From the NCBI GenBank assembly GCA_039630245.1, contig JBCNVK010000001.1:333598-397597 (forward strand): a stretch of 64,000 nucleotides of DNA, in the 5' to 3' direction. The notes beneath the pieces are model-generated. The model had not been told where the DNA came from. It saw nothing but the letters and a program-made list of their open reading frames with translations, and did not search any database. The translations under genes were made by a program, and so were the position numbers. This document shows positions 46,244 through 58,217 of the stretch, in pieces (position 1 is the first letter of the stretch; every line of letters begins with the position of its first letter). Source of the DNA: Bacteroidia bacterium (GTDB lineage Bacteria; Bacteroidota; Bacteroidia; SpSt-205).

Positions 46244-47002
46244 TCAGCGCAGGTAAGGATCGGGGGTCAGGTGGGCACGTATAAACTCTCGCTGGAGCTG
46301 GGCGATAGCCGTCAGGGGAATTTTAGCTGGGCATTCTATGGCGCAGGCGCCGGTATTGCTGCAGTGGCCGAAGCCTTCGGCGTCCATTTGCTGGACCATT
46401 CGGCGGACGCGCTGGCGTCGCTCGGGCTGCCCCTGCGGCAGAAGGGCCAAATGCGCCACCTTGGCCGCCGTAAAGAGCATCGCCGAAGCATTCTTACACG
46501 CCGCCACACAGGCACCGCAGCCAATGCAGGTGGCATAGTCAAAAGCGCGGTCCGCCACTGGCTTAGGGATAGGAATGGCATTCGCATCTGGCGCACTGCC
46601 CGCATTGACCGAGATATACCCGCCCTTTTGAATAATGCGGTCCAGCGCCGAGCGATCCACCACTAAATCTTTTATAACTGGGAAGGGCTTAGCGCGGAAA
46701 GGTTCTACCGTGATGGTAGAGCCGTCTTCAAAATGGCGCATGTAAAGGCGGCAGGTAGTGATATTAGGCAGGGGGCCATGGGCGCGGCCATTGATGAAAA
46801 GGCCGCAAGAACCGCAGATGCCCTCACGACAGTCGTGGTCAAACGCCACGGGATCTTTCCCCTCTTTGATTAGCCGCTCATTGAGCACATCCAGCATCTC
46901 TAAGAAGGAAGCATCGGGGGAGATACCATCCACCTCATAGGTCTCAAAGTGTCCGGGCGTCTGGGCATTCTTTTGCCGCCAAATTCGCAGCGTAAAGCGC
47001 AT
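46244..47002 (-). CDS. sdhB: succinate dehydrogenase/fumarate reductase iron-sulfur subunit
   Basis: 252 aa. Cys clusters [21 protein letters not shown] and [12 protein letters not shown]. Confidence 0.9.
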   Translation of the reverse strand: MRFTLRIWRQKNAQTPGHFETYEVDGISPDASFLEMLDVLNERLIKEGKDPVAFDHDCREGICGSCGLFINGRAHGPLPNITTCRLYMRHFEDGSTITVEPFRAKPFPVIKDLVVDRSALDRIIQKGGYISVNAGSAPDANAIPIPKPVADRAFDYATCIGCGACVAACKNASAMLFTAAKVAHLALLPQGQPERRQRVRRMVQQMDAEGFGHCSNTGACAIECPAKIPLTAIAQLQREFIRAHLTPDPYLR

Positions 47003-47011
47003 AGGCTGAGC

Positions 47012-48991
47012 TTATTTGTAGCTTCGGACGGTAGGTTTTACAAATTCAAAGGTGAGCGGCTCCTTGTGAAGGGCTGGCGGCTCATTTTCGCCGCGCCATT
47101 CCCATGCAGCTACGTAGGCGTAGTCCTTATCGTTACGGAGGGGCTCGCCTTCCTCGGTCTGGTACTCTTCCCGCAGGTGGCAGCCGCAGGACTCCTCCCT
47201 ATGATAGGCGTCTATTATCATAAGCTCGCCCAGCTCAAGGAAGTCCGCTACGCGCAGGGCTTTTTCTAGAGCCTGGTTGAATTCAGCCCCAGTTCCTGGC
47301 ACCTTTACCTCTTTCCAGAAACGCTCACGTAGGACGCGTATTTGCTCATAGGCTTGCCGTAGGCCGGAGGCGTTGCGCGCTAGACCGCAGTGATCCCACA
47401 GAATCTTGCCTAGCTCGCGATGGAATTCATCCACCGTGCGGCTGCCTTGGATATCTAAGAGTTTAGTAATGCGGGCGCGGGTCTCCTTTTCAGCTTGGGC
47501 AAAGGCCGCTGTATCCGTAGATAGCTTGACAAAGAGCTGCGTGGCTAAGTAATCGCCAATTGTGTAGGGCAGGATAAAGTACCCATCGGCGAGGCCTTGC
47601 ATGAGGGCACTGGCACCCAGACGATTTGCACCGTGATCGGAGAAGTTGGCTTCGCCGATGGCGTACAGCCCTTCTATATTCGTCATGAGGTTATAATCCA
47701 CCCATAAGCCGCCCATCGTATAATGGACCGCTGGATAGATGCGCATGGGCGTTTCCCAAGGGCTTTCGCCTGTAATTTCTTCGTACATTTCAAAGAGGTT
47801 ACCGTAGCGCTGGTAGATTACCTCACGGCCTAGGCGGCGGATAGCGTCGGAGAAGTCCAGATAAACTGCTCGGCCAGTGGGGCCTACGCCATACCCCATG
47901 TCACAGACTTTCTTAGCTGCGCGGGAGGCGATATCGCGCGGCACAAGGTTGCCGTAGGAAGGGTACCATTCCTCTAAGTAGTACCAGCGTTCAGACTCAG
48001 GGATATCATTGGGGTGGCGCTTATCGCCGGGCGTACGAGGCACCCAGACGCGCCCGTCATTGCGCAGACTTTCGCTCATAAGGGTGAGCTTGGACTGATA
48101 TTCGCCCGATTGGGGGATGCAGGTAGGGTGGATTTGGACAAAGCTGGGATTGCCAAAGTAAGCGCCGCGCTTGTGGGCCCGCCAGATAGCCGTGGCATTA
48201 GACATTTTGGCGTTAGTGGAGAGGTAGTAGGCGTTACCGTAGCCGCCAGTGGCTAGGACAACGGCGTGCGCAGCTATGCGATGAAGCTCCCCTGTAACCA
48301 GATTGCGTACAATGATGCCCCGCGCCCGTCCCTCCTCCACGACTATGTCCAGCACTTCATGGTTATAGAAAACTTGGGCATTGCCCAGTTCTACTTGCCG
48401 TTGCAGGGCGGCGTAGGCACCTAAGAGGAGCTGCTGGCCGGTCTGGCCGCGCGCATAGAAGGTACGCATGAGCTGCGCCCCGCCAAATGAGCGCGTATCC
48501 AGATAGCCGCCGTATTCACGCGCAAAAGGCACGCCTTGAGCCACACAGTGGTCTATAATCTGGACGCTAACCTCCGCAAGCCGATACACGTTGGACTCGC
48601 GCGCCCGAAAGTCGCCGCCCTTGATGGTATCGTAGAAGAGGCGCCAGATGCTGTCACCGTCGTTGCGGTAGTTTTTAGCCGCGTTAATACCGCCTTGGGC
48701 CGCGATGCTATGGGCCCGACGAGGCGAATTGTGATACACAAATACCTTCACACGATAACCGAGCTCGCCTAAAGTAGCAGCGGCGGAAGCTCCAGCCAGC
48801 CCTGCCCCTACTACGACTATCTCCAGCTTTCGCTTATTATGCGGCGCTACGAGACGCAGGCTATCCTTATGACGCGTCCAGCGCTTCTCCAAATCACCCG
48901 ATGGACAGCGGCTATTTAGGATTGGCTCACCTTCCCGCCAGCTTAGGTCCGCCGTCCGAACCGGTGCTGGTATTGTTAGCGTCTCCGCCAT
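47012..48991 (-). CDS. sdhA: succinate dehydrogenase/fumarate reductase flavoprotein subunit
   Basis: 659 aa. FAD-binding [23 protein letters not shown] (FAD-linked His region) and HYTMGG. Confidence 0.9.
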   Translation of the reverse strand: MAETLTIPAPVRTADLSWREGEPILNSRCPSGDLEKRWTRHKDSLRLVAPHNKRKLEIVVVGAGLAGASAAATLGELGYRVKVFVYHNSPRRAHSIAAQGGINAAKNYRNDGDSIWRLFYDTIKGGDFRARESNVYRLAEVSVQIIDHCVAQGVPFAREYGGYLDTRSFGGAQLMRTFYARGQTGQQLLLGAYAALQRQVELGNAQVFYNHEVLDIVVEEGRARGIIVRNLVTGELHRIAAHAVVLATGGYGNAYYLSTNAKMSNATAIWRAHKRGAYFGNPSFVQIHPTCIPQSGEYQSKLTLMSESLRNDGRVWVPRTPGDKRHPNDIPESERWYYLEEWYPSYGNLVPRDIASRAAKKVCDMGYGVGPTGRAVYLDFSDAIRRLGREVIYQRYGNLFEMYEEITGESPWETPMRIYPAVHYTMGGLWVDYNLMTNIEGLYAIGEANFSDHGANRLGASALMQGLADGYFILPYTIGDYLATQLFVKLSTDTAAFAQAEKETRARITKLLDIQGSRTVDEFHRELGKILWDHCGLARNASGLRQAYEQIRVLRERFWKEVKVPGTGAEFNQALEKALRVADFLELGELMIIDAYHREESCGCHLREEYQTEEGEPLRNDKDYAYVAAWEWRGENEPPALHKEPLTFEFVKPTVRSYK

Positions 48992-49003
48992 AGGTACTCC
49001 AAT

Positions 49004-49675
49004 TTACAGAGTACGCAACAGAAAGTAAAGCGGAATGATTGCAAAGCCAAGGGGTATGACAAAGGCGAAGGCTGCGCCCGCCCACCGAACCACCCGTTCA
49101 ATCCGCCTATTTAGAATAAGCCCCAGCGTCTGAAAGCTACTATAAAAGCCATGGGCCAGATGAAAGGCCAGTAGTACCATGCTCAGCACGTAGAAGGCGC
49201 TGTAGTAGGGATTTTCAAAAGCCGCCACGCAAAGCTCATACATGGTATAAGGTGATCCCAAAAGCCTATGCTCCACAAAGAAATGCCGCAAATGCACTAT
49301 CAGAAAAACCAGCACCACTATGGCGCTGAGGCGCATAGTACGGGAGAAAATATTCGTATTGGCCTCGGCGCGGTTGAGGCTGTAGCGGATAGGCCGGGCT
49401 GCCCGCTCCCGAAAGATAAAGTAGAGCCCTTGGTAAATATGCAGGATAAAGCCGACGAAGAGAAGAATCTCCAGCACGCGTATAAGGGGATTGGTGCTCA
49501 TAAATTCGGCGTAGGCGTTGAAGGCTGCGCCGCCGTCGCTGCGCAGCAGTAGGAGATTGCCTGCTAAATGTACTACCAAAAAGGTCATCAGGAAGATGCC
49601 TGTAGCTGCCATGACAACCTTGCGTCCTACGGTCGTGTGAAGCCAGCTCGTGGCCGAAGGCGATGCCGCTTCCAT
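49004..49675 (-). CDS. sdhC: succinate dehydrogenase cytochrome b subunit (b558 family, five TM segments)
   Basis: Start set at MEAASPSATSW, with a -7 box 15 nt upstream. The ORF-track TTG start at 49717 overlaps rsmE. TM helices carry conserved His residues (VVHLAGN, IVHLRHF, FHLAHG). Confidence 0.75.
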   Translation of the reverse strand: MEAASPSATSWLHTTVGRKVVMAATGIFLMTFLVVHLAGNLLLLRSDGGAAFNAYAEFMSTNPLIRVLEILLFVGFILHIYQGLYFIFRERAARPIRYSLNRAEANTNIFSRTMRLSAIVVLVFLIVHLRHFFVEHRLLGSPYTMYELCVAAFENPYYSAFYVLSMVLLAFHLAHGFYSSFQTLGLILNRRIERVVRWAGAAFAFVIPLGFAIIPLYFLLRTL

Positions 49676-49690
49676 AGCTGTAAGTTTGTA

Positions 49691-49698
49691 CAAAAATA
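49691..49698 (-). promoter_or_regulatory. -7 promoter box TATTTTTG, 15 nt upstream of the sdhC ATG (49675)
   Basis: Exact TAnnTTTG on the minus strand, in the 29-nt gap after the rsmE stop. It shares the palindrome TTTGTACAAA with a plus-strand TAAGTTTG at 49681-49688. Confidence 0.45.
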
Positions 49699-49704
49699 GG
49701 GGAA

Positions 49705-50406
49705 TTAGTATTCCCAAACGCTTTTGAGGTAGCTGAGGAAGGTGAGGGCGGCGGTTTCGGCGCGCAGGCGCAGGCGGCCTAAGCTAACCCCCTGCACATT
49801 CTTTTGGCGTAGGTAGGCTATTTCTTCGGGGGTAAAGTCGCCCTCGGGGCCTACTACCCATAGGGTAGGCTGGGGCCCCTGAGCCACAGCCGCGCGTAGA
49901 GAAGTAGTAGCGCCGATTTCGCCCATGAGGCGCTGCGGATAGCTCTCCCAAGGCACTGCTTCCCAATTTTGCAGAACCTCTATTTGAGGAAGGAGGCTGC
50001 GTAGGTTTTGGGTCAGGGCGGCTATGGCTACGCGTATAAGGCGGGCTTTATTGGCTTCTCGGCGAAGGCTGCGCGCCATTGGGAGAAAGTAAAGTGCCGT
50101 GGCACCCAGTTCCACGGCTTTTTCTACCAGCCATTCCATGCGCATGGGCTGCTTGAGCACGGCGGCTACTAAGGCTACGGGGGCGGGCGGCTCGCCAGGA
50201 CGCTCCAGCACTTCCCCTACTTCACATTCGGCTTCGGAAGGGCGGATGGCCGTAACGAGGGCCGCTCCTATAAGGCCCTTGCCATTAGTAAGCCAGAGCC
50301 TTTCCCCTACCCGATGGCGCTGCACCCGAATGGCCTGATGATAGGCTGCCCCCCTTAGATACACTTTTCCCGTGCCAGCAAAGTCAGGGAGGTACAGCCC
50401 ATGCAC
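49705..50406 (-). CDS. rsmE: 16S rRNA (uracil1498-N3)-methyltransferase RsmE
   Basis: 233 aa with a GTG start. N-terminal PUA-like segment (AAYHQAIRVQRHRVGERLWLTNGKG) and a C-terminal SPOUT knot (VVGPEGDFTPEE, LGRLRLRAETAA). Confidence 0.8.
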   Translation of the reverse strand: MHGLYLPDFAGTGKVYLRGAAYHQAIRVQRHRVGERLWLTNGKGLIGAALVTAIRPSEAECEVGEVLERPGEPPAPVALVAAVLKQPMRMEWLVEKAVELGATALYFLPMARSLRREANKARLIRVAIAALTQNLRSLLPQIEVLQNWEAVPWESYPQRLMGEIGATTSLRAAVAQGPQPTLWVVGPEGDFTPEEIAYLRQKNVQGVSLGRLRLRAETAALTFLSYLKSVWEY

Positions 50407-50411
50407 GGCTG

Positions 50412-50484
50412 TCGGGGCGACTGGACTCGAACCAGCGACCTCAGCGTCCCGAACGCTGCGCGCTACCAGCTGCGCTACGCCCCG
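50412..50484 (-). tRNA. tRNA-Pro (anticodon CGG)
   Basis: Minus-strand sequence CGGGGCGTAGCGCAGCTGGTAGCGCGCAGCGTTCGGGACGCTGAGGTCGCTGGTTCGAGTCCAGTCGCCCCGA folds as a 73-nt cloverleaf. The anticodon loop is TTCGGGA. CCA is not encoded. Confidence 0.93.
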
Positions 50485-50488
50485 CGCG

Positions 50489-50562
50489 TGGCGAGAGCGG
50501 GACTCGAACCCGCGACCTCAGGGTTATGAATCCTGCGCTCTGACCAGCTGAGCTATCTCGCC
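50489..50562 (-). tRNA. tRNA with CAT anticodon (elongator Met, or Ile2 if lysidine-modified)
   Basis: Minus-strand sequence GGCGAGATAGCTCAGCTGGTCAGAGCGCAGGATTCATAACCCTGAGGTCGCGGGTTCGAGTCCCGCTCTCGCCA folds as a 74-nt cloverleaf. The G1-C72 pair argues against an initiator. A31-C39 is a mismatch. CCA is not encoded. Confidence 0.88.
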
Positions 50563-50568
50563 TTTAGG

Positions 50569-50576
50569 CAAAAATA
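50569..50576 (-). promoter_or_regulatory. -7 promoter box TATTTTTG, 6 nt upstream of the tRNA-Met 5' end
   Basis: Exact TAnnTTTG on the minus strand, in the 17-nt gap between the nusB stop and the tRNA. Confidence 0.5.
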
Positions 50577-50579
50577 CGA

Positions 50580-51095
50580 CTAAAGCACCTTCTGGCTAAC
50601 GACGCTCGTAGGGTCAGCCGCCAGAGTGCGCCGAATCGCATCCAAAAGCCCATTTACAAAACCCGGGCTGCGCGGTGTGCCATAAGCCTTCGCAATCTCT
50701 ATCCACTCATTCAGCGTCACGCGCAGGGGAATGTCTGGAAAATGCGTAAGCTCGTAAGTCCCACAGAGCAAAATGCATTTGTCCACTAAGAAAAGTCGGT
50801 CCCAGGTCCAGCCCCGCAGGTGGTCCTCAATAAGCTGACGCAATTGGGGTAGCTCACGTACCACCCCAAAGAAAAGCTCCTTGAGAAAGGTAGCGTTATG
50901 CGGGGCCTCTACCTGAGCAGCCGCATACATTTCCTCCAAAAGGTGGGCAAATACCTCTTCTGGTGGTGACTCACTCACTAAATAGGCGTAAATGGCTTGC
51001 ATTACGCGTGCGCGGATGCGATGCCGCGGCACAATCAGTGGGGCTCCCCCTTCGCCCGTAGGGGTTTCGCCTTCTACAGCTCGGAATTCAGACAT
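50580..51095 (-). CDS. nusB: transcription antitermination factor NusB
   Basis: 171 aa. RHRIRARVMQAIYAY and the C-terminal region EWIEIAKAYGTPRSPGFVNGLLD typical of NusB. 22-nt overlap with the upstream gene. Confidence 0.85.
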   Translation of the reverse strand: MSEFRAVEGETPTGEGGAPLIVPRHRIRARVMQAIYAYLVSESPPEEVFAHLLEEMYAAAQVEAPHNATFLKELFFGVVRELPQLRQLIEDHLRGWTWDRLFLVDKCILLCGTYELTHFPDIPLRVTLNEWIEIAKAYGTPRSPGFVNGLLDAIRRTLAADPTSVVSQKVL

Positions 51096-52194
51096 AGGCT
51101 AGGAGTAGAAGAAAATTTACAAGAAAATCCTGAGACGGGTCGCGTATGCAGCGCCGCCATAGTCTGGATGCGCTCTTCCGCCAGCTGCATGGCGGCCTGG
51201 TGGGGCGTTATGCCCCGCTGCTCCGCCACCGCAAAAACCTTCAGCGTAGCCTCATAGATATAAGCCGTGCGAGCTAAAGCCCGCTTGCGGCTATACCCCT
51301 CCAGCTCCGTATAGACATTAATAAGCCCGCCCGCATTGATAAGAAAATCCGGCGCATACAAAATCCCCTTCTGGACTAGGAGCAGGCTGTCGCGCGCCTC
51401 CTCTTCCAGCTGATTATTGGCCGAGCCGGCTATTACGGCGCACTGAAGCGCCGAAATGGTATGGGGGTTTAGGATGCCCCCGCGCGCACAAGGGGAAAAA
51501 ATATCCACGGGAACCGCGTACCAATTTTCAGGGGAAACGGGTTGCACGCCGAATTTGCGCTGGGCTTCCTCCAGTTGGCGAGCCGAGAGGTCGGTGGCAT
51601 ACAGCACAGCCCCTTCCTTATAGAGCAGCTCTACTAAGGCCCAGCCTACTTTGCCTAGGCCTTGGACGAGTATCTTAACGCCTTGGAGGGACTCGGTGCC
51701 TGTGAGCTTTTTCCAGGACGCCTTCATGGCTAGATACACGCCGTAAGCGGTTACGGGGGAAGGATCGCCGCTGCCACCCATTTCTTCAGGCAAGCCAGTA
51801 ACATAAGGGGTCTCCATACGCACATACTCCATATCCTTTACGGAGACGCCCATGTCTTCGGCCGTGATGTAGAGCCCATTTAGGCTATTTACAAACTGGC
51901 CAAAGCGGCGCAGAAGGGCTTCGGACTTGATCCGCAGCGGATCGCCGATAATTACGGCTTTTCCGCCGCCTAGATTAAGGCCGCTGATGGCGGCTTTGTA
52001 GGTCATTCCGCGGGCCAGCCGTAGAACGTCCTCTAAGGCTTCGGCTTCCGAGGTATAGGGCCAAAACCGCACCCCACCTAAGGCAGGGCCTAGCGTAGTA
52101 TCGTGAATAGCGATAATGGAACGCAACCCAACCGTGGCATCGTGGCAAAAAACTACCTGCTGGTGCCCCAGCGCCGCAATCCGCTCAAAACAAT

Positions 52195-52198
<4 letters not shown>
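51074..52198 (-). CDS. Leu/Phe/Val dehydrogenase (Glu/Leu/Phe/Val dehydrogenase family)
   Basis: 374 aa. [37 protein letters not shown], and Rossmann [11 protein letters not shown]. Confidence 0.85.
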
Positions 52199-54247
<2,049 letters not shown>

Positions 54248-54251
<4 letters not shown>

Positions 54252-55753
54252 AGGCGGCTCTCGGCCAGCTCTGGGCCCTTTGGCGCCAGCGGGTGTATGA
54301 GCGCTTCGTAGGCCGGGAGATCGCTCACCAGCAAGCCGTCCTACGCTACCTTCTGCGGCGCGGAGCTAAAACAGCCTTTGGGCGCGCCCACAACTTAAAT
54401 GAGGTCCGCACTTACGAGGAATTTCGGCAGGCCGTACCCATCTACACTTACGAGCAGCTTTGGGAAAAGTACCTTGTTCGCAGCTGGGCGGGCGAGCCCG
54501 ATGTTACCTGGCCAGGCGTGCCGCGCTACTTTGCCAAAACCTCTGGCACTACGGCCGGCGCTAAATACCTTCCGCTCACCCCCGAAAGCATACCCCATCA
54601 CATCCGTGGCGCTCGGGATGTCCTCCTTTTATATCTGGCTCGGCGTAAAGACAGCCGCTTTGTTACGCGCAAGTGGCTTTTCCTTTCAGGCAGTCCTGCC
54701 TTAGAGCGAAATCCGGCGGGAATTCTATATGGGCGCCTCTCGGGCATCGTTCATCACTGGGTGCCAAGCTATCTGCTGCGGAATCGCCTCCCTAGCTGGT
54801 CTATCAATTGCATTGAAGAGTGGCCGAAGAAGGTAGAGGCGGTTTTGGAGGAGGCCCGTCGCCAGGACCTGGGCCTGCTTTCGGGCATTCCGCCTTGGAT
54901 TGAGCAGATGCTTCAGCGGGCTGAGCAGCTTTTTGGCCAGCCGGCTAAAGCCCTCTGGCCCAACCTTCAGGTGTACGTGCATGGCGGGGTGGACTTCCGC
55001 CTTTACGAGAAACGGCTTCAGGCCCTTATGCCCGGCGTGGATTTCTTAGAAACCTTTCCAGCTTCCGAAGGCTTTTTCGCCTTTCAGGATACCCCAGAGC
55101 GGGAAGAGGGGCTGAGGCTTCTCACCGATAATGGGATATTCTACGAGTTTGTGCCGCTGGAGAAGGCCCTTTCACCCAATCCCCCCCGCCTTCCGCTGTG
55201 GGAAGTAGAAGTAGGCCAGCCCTATGCTATGATTATCTCCACCAACGCCGGCCTGTGGGCTTACGACCTGGGCGATGTGGTGCGCTTTACTTCCCTTCGG
55301 CCCTACCGCGTGCAGGTAGTAGGACGCGTGAAGAATCACCTCAGCGCCTTTGGGGAACACGTAATTGAAGCCGAGGTGGAGGCCGCTTTGCAGGCGGCCC
55401 TCCAAGCAACTGGCGCCGCCGTGCAAGAATACACCGTAGGCCCGTACTTAGGGCCCGGGCAGCCCTGTCATGAATGGCTTTTGGAAGTGCAGACGCCGCC
55501 AAAGGACTGGAGCACCTTTGTGGAGCTCTTAGACCGCACCCTGCGCCAGCTCAATCCCTACTACGAGGACCTGCGCCGCGGGGAAATCTTAGGCCCCCCG
55601 CGCGTGTATGTCCTCCCCATAGGCACCGGCTATAGCTGGATGGAAAAAGAAGGTCGGCTAGGAGGCCAAAATAAATTCCCCCATTTGCGCAGCGATCGTC
55701 GGCTTCTGGATGCCCTTCTCCCCCAAGCTACGCCTATTCATGCGGCACCCTAA
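54248..55753 (+). CDS. GH3 (auxin-responsive promoter) family acyl-adenylate-forming enzyme
   Basis: 501 aa. FAKTSGTTAGAKYLPLT and overall GH3 family resemblance, common in Bacteroidota. Confidence 0.8.
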
Positions 55754-57009
55754 TGCTCGTTAGCCTTCTTCTGAGTTTTATACTTACCGACACTATTGCC
55801 GACCCGCTGATTTACACGGTGCAGTTCTATCGGGGCGAGAATACGCTGAGTTTCCCCTTCTTAGGGCTTCGGGAGGAGAACTTTCTCTCGCTGGAGTTTG
55901 ATCGGCTGGGTGAGGAGGCGTCGCAGGATTATTGGGTTCGGGTGCGGCTGTGCGGTCCAGATTGGCAGCCCTCGCCTCTACCCCTTACGGAGTATTGGAA
56001 TGGCCCGCTTACGGAGCGGATTACGGAAGTTCTTCCCGCGATGGGCACGCGCGTGGCCTATGTGCATTACCGCTACCTTCTGCGCAATCGCTTCCTCCGC
56101 AGCGGCCTGTATGTCTTAGAGGTATATGCCGATGAGGGAGGGGCTACCTTAGTTCTGCGCCGCCGCTTTTACGTGGTGGAGAATCTTGTCCGAATTGCCT
56201 TAGACCCTGATGCGCAGGTGGTGACGGGGGCTCGGCAGCGGCTCCAGAGCCTGGCTTTCTCCATATACCCGGCTGGTCTTCAATCCTTACAGGCGTATCA
56301 GGAGTTTAGCTGCATGATTTTACAGAATGGGCGCTGGGACAATGCGCGCAGCGGCCTCAAGCCTACTTTCGTCCATAGCGACCGTTTGGAGTACCGCTTT
56401 CAGCCCGGCTTAGACCTACCTGCTGGGGTGGAGTTTCGGCTTTTGGACATCCGTTCGGTGATGCGCCGGCGCAGCTTCCAAGTGGAGCGTACGCTGTGGA
56501 GCGATAGCGGGATTGTCGTGCGTTTAGTTCCAGAGCACCCGCGCGCCGGCCTAGCTTACACGCGCCAGATAGACCTCAATGGACGCTTCTTCATCCAGCT
56601 TCAGGACGGGCTTTTAGACACGGCGCGCCAGTGGCTGGGGCGCGATGCGCTAAGTGCCCAGCAAGCCGATTACTTCTGGGTAGAGTTTCGGCTGGAAGCC
56701 AGCGTGCCCTACGAAAAGCCCCTCTACGTCGTAGGAGGCTTTATGGGGTGGAGCCCCGATCCCCGCTTCCAACTTAGGTATGACCCTGAACGCGGCGAGT
56801 ATAGAGGGCGCATTCCGCTAAAGCAAGGCGTCTACGACTACCTGTATGCGCTATGGGACGAAAGCCAAAGGGCCTTCAACGCCGAGCCCGTAGAAGGTAG
56901 CTACTTTGAAGCCGAAAATGCCTACACCATCCTGGCCGTCTACAAAGGTTTCACGGACCGGGAAGCCCGCATAGTGGGGCACCGCTGGCTCAGCTCCTAC
57001 GAACGCTAA
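55753..57009 (+). CDS. DUF5103-like protein (T9SS plug protein family candidate)
   Basis: 418 aa. LSLEFDRLGEEASQDYWVRVRLCGPDWQPSPL resembles the DUF5103 hallmark, and there is a C-terminal early-set-like region (YVVGGFMGWSPDPRFQL). TAATG stop/start overlap with GH3. Confidence 0.5.
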   Translation: MLVSLLLSFILTDTIADPLIYTVQFYRGENTLSFPFLGLREENFLSLEFDRLGEEASQDYWVRVRLCGPDWQPSPLPLTEYWNGPLTERITEVLPAMGTRVAYVHYRYLLRNRFLRSGLYVLEVYADEGGATLVLRRRFYVVENLVRIALDPDAQVVTGARQRLQSLAFSIYPAGLQSLQAYQEFSCMILQNGRWDNARSGLKPTFVHSDRLEYRFQPGLDLPAGVEFRLLDIRSVMRRRSFQVERTLWSDSGIVVRLVPEHPRAGLAYTRQIDLNGRFFIQLQDGLLDTARQWLGRDALSAQQADYFWVEFRLEASVPYEKPLYVVGGFMGWSPDPRFQLRYDPERGEYRGRIPLKQGVYDYLYALWDESQRAFNAEPVEGSYFEAENAYTILAVYKGFTDREARIVGHRWLSSYER

Positions 57010-58217
57010 TGTCCCTCCCCCGCTGGGCTAAGCTGAAAGCCGCCCTACTTCAGATAGGCTGGCGCTATGGGGGGCTTCTTTACGCGCTTTTGGCTATCGG
57101 GGCTAGTCTTCAAGCCTATTGGCTCGGTCCTAAGCCTAACTCCCCCTACACCCACTACAATAATTTCCTCATCTTTCGGCAGGCCTATTTCCACCTCTGC
57201 GCTGGTCAGGACCTGTATAGACCCTATCCAGCCGAGCACTGGGACCTTTTCAAGTACAGCCCCACCTTTCCCCTGCTAATGGCCCCCTTGGCCTATCTCC
57301 CCGATTGGCTTGGGCTGATGGGATGGAACCTACTGAATGCCTTAGTCCTTTTCTGGGGCGTGCGCAGCTTGCCCTTAGCCCCGCCTGTACAAAGCCCAAT
57401 CCTCCTCTTCAGCGCCTTAGAACTGCTTACGGCGCTCCAGAATGCCCAAAGTAATGCCCTTATAGCTGGCCTACTTCTTCTTAGTGTGGGCGCCTATGAG
57501 CGTGGGCAGTTTTTTTGGGGCAGTCTGCCGATAGCTCTGACAGGGTATATAAAAATCTTCGGCTTGGGCGGCTATTTGATAGGACTTTTCTACCCTGCGC
57601 GCCTGAGAATAGCCCTATACGGGCTCTTCTGGATAGCCCTTTTAGCCGTTTTGCCCTTAGGGGTAGTAGCCCCGGCACAGCTGAGCGCGCTCTACGCAAG
57701 CTGGGGGCGCCTTCTGGCCCAGGATTATGGGGCGTCCGTAGGCCTCTCGGTCGCTGGCTGGCTTTATGCCTGGTTTGGGGAGATTCTGCCTAAAGCCCAC
57801 CTTACCCTAATAGGCGCCCTTGCGCTTCTCCTCCCCCTTCTACGCTGGCGGCTCTATGCCAGCCTGGCCTTCCGCCAGCTTTTTTTGGCCTATTTCCTCC
57901 TCTGGAGCGTCCTCTTCAATCACAAGGCCGAATCGCCAACGTATGTGATTGCGGTAGTGGGGGTGAGCCTGTGGTATTTCAGTAGGCGGCGCACCAGTCT
58001 AGATACGATGCTTTTGATTGGGGTTTTTCTCTTTGCCTCGCTCTCGCCTACTGACCTTTTTCCTAAAGCGCTGCGGGAGAGTCTTGTCAAACCCTACTAC
58101 CTCAAGCCCTTTTCCTGCCTTCTCGTATGGCTCCGCTTAGGGGGTGAGCTCCTATGGGGTAAAAGGGCTTTCTTTGAAGAGAATGGGCCGAGCGCTAGTA
58201 CTAGAGCGGCTGGATGA
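57009..58217 (+). CDS. polytopic membrane glycosyltransferase (DUF2029 / GT87-like)
   Basis: 402 aa with at least 9 TM segments. The N-terminal loop LYRPYPAEHWDLFKYSPTFPLLMAP is typical of DUF2029 mannosyltransferase-like proteins. TAATG overlap with the upstream gene. Confidence 0.6.
   Translation: MSLPRWAKLKAALLQIGWRYGGLLYALLAIGASLQAYWLGPKPNSPYTHYNNFLIFRQAYFHLCAGQDLYRPYPAEHWDLFKYSPTFPLLMAPLAYLPDWLGLMGWNLLNALVLFWGVRSLPLAPPVQSPILLFSALELLTALQNAQSNALIAGLLLLSVGAYERGQFFWGSLPIALTGYIKIFGLGGYLIGLFYPARLRIALYGLFWIALLAVLPLGVVAPAQLSALYASWGRLLAQDYGASVGLSVAGWLYAWFGEILPKAHLTLIGALALLLPLLRWRLYASLAFRQLFLAYFLLWSVLFNHKAESPTYVIAVVGVSLWYFSRRRTSLDTMLLIGVFLFASLSPTDLFPKALRESLVKPYYLKPFSCLLVWLRLGGELLWGKRAFFEENGPSASTRAAG

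Noticed and set aside
50412-50562. The tRNA genes (also tRNA-Phe at 62238-62310) as integration hot spots for a mobile element or genomic island.
   Set aside because: There is no integrase, recombinase or transposase ORF. I could see no duplicated tRNA 3' segment nearby. The flanking genes are core housekeeping genes.
50489-50562. The CAT-anticodon tRNA as initiator tRNA-fMet. Its anticodon arm has an initiator-like GG/CCC flavour.
   Set aside because: It has a Watson-Crick G1-C72 pair and a C11-G24 pair, both elongator features. Only two of the three initiator G-C pairs are present. Met versus Ile2 remains open.
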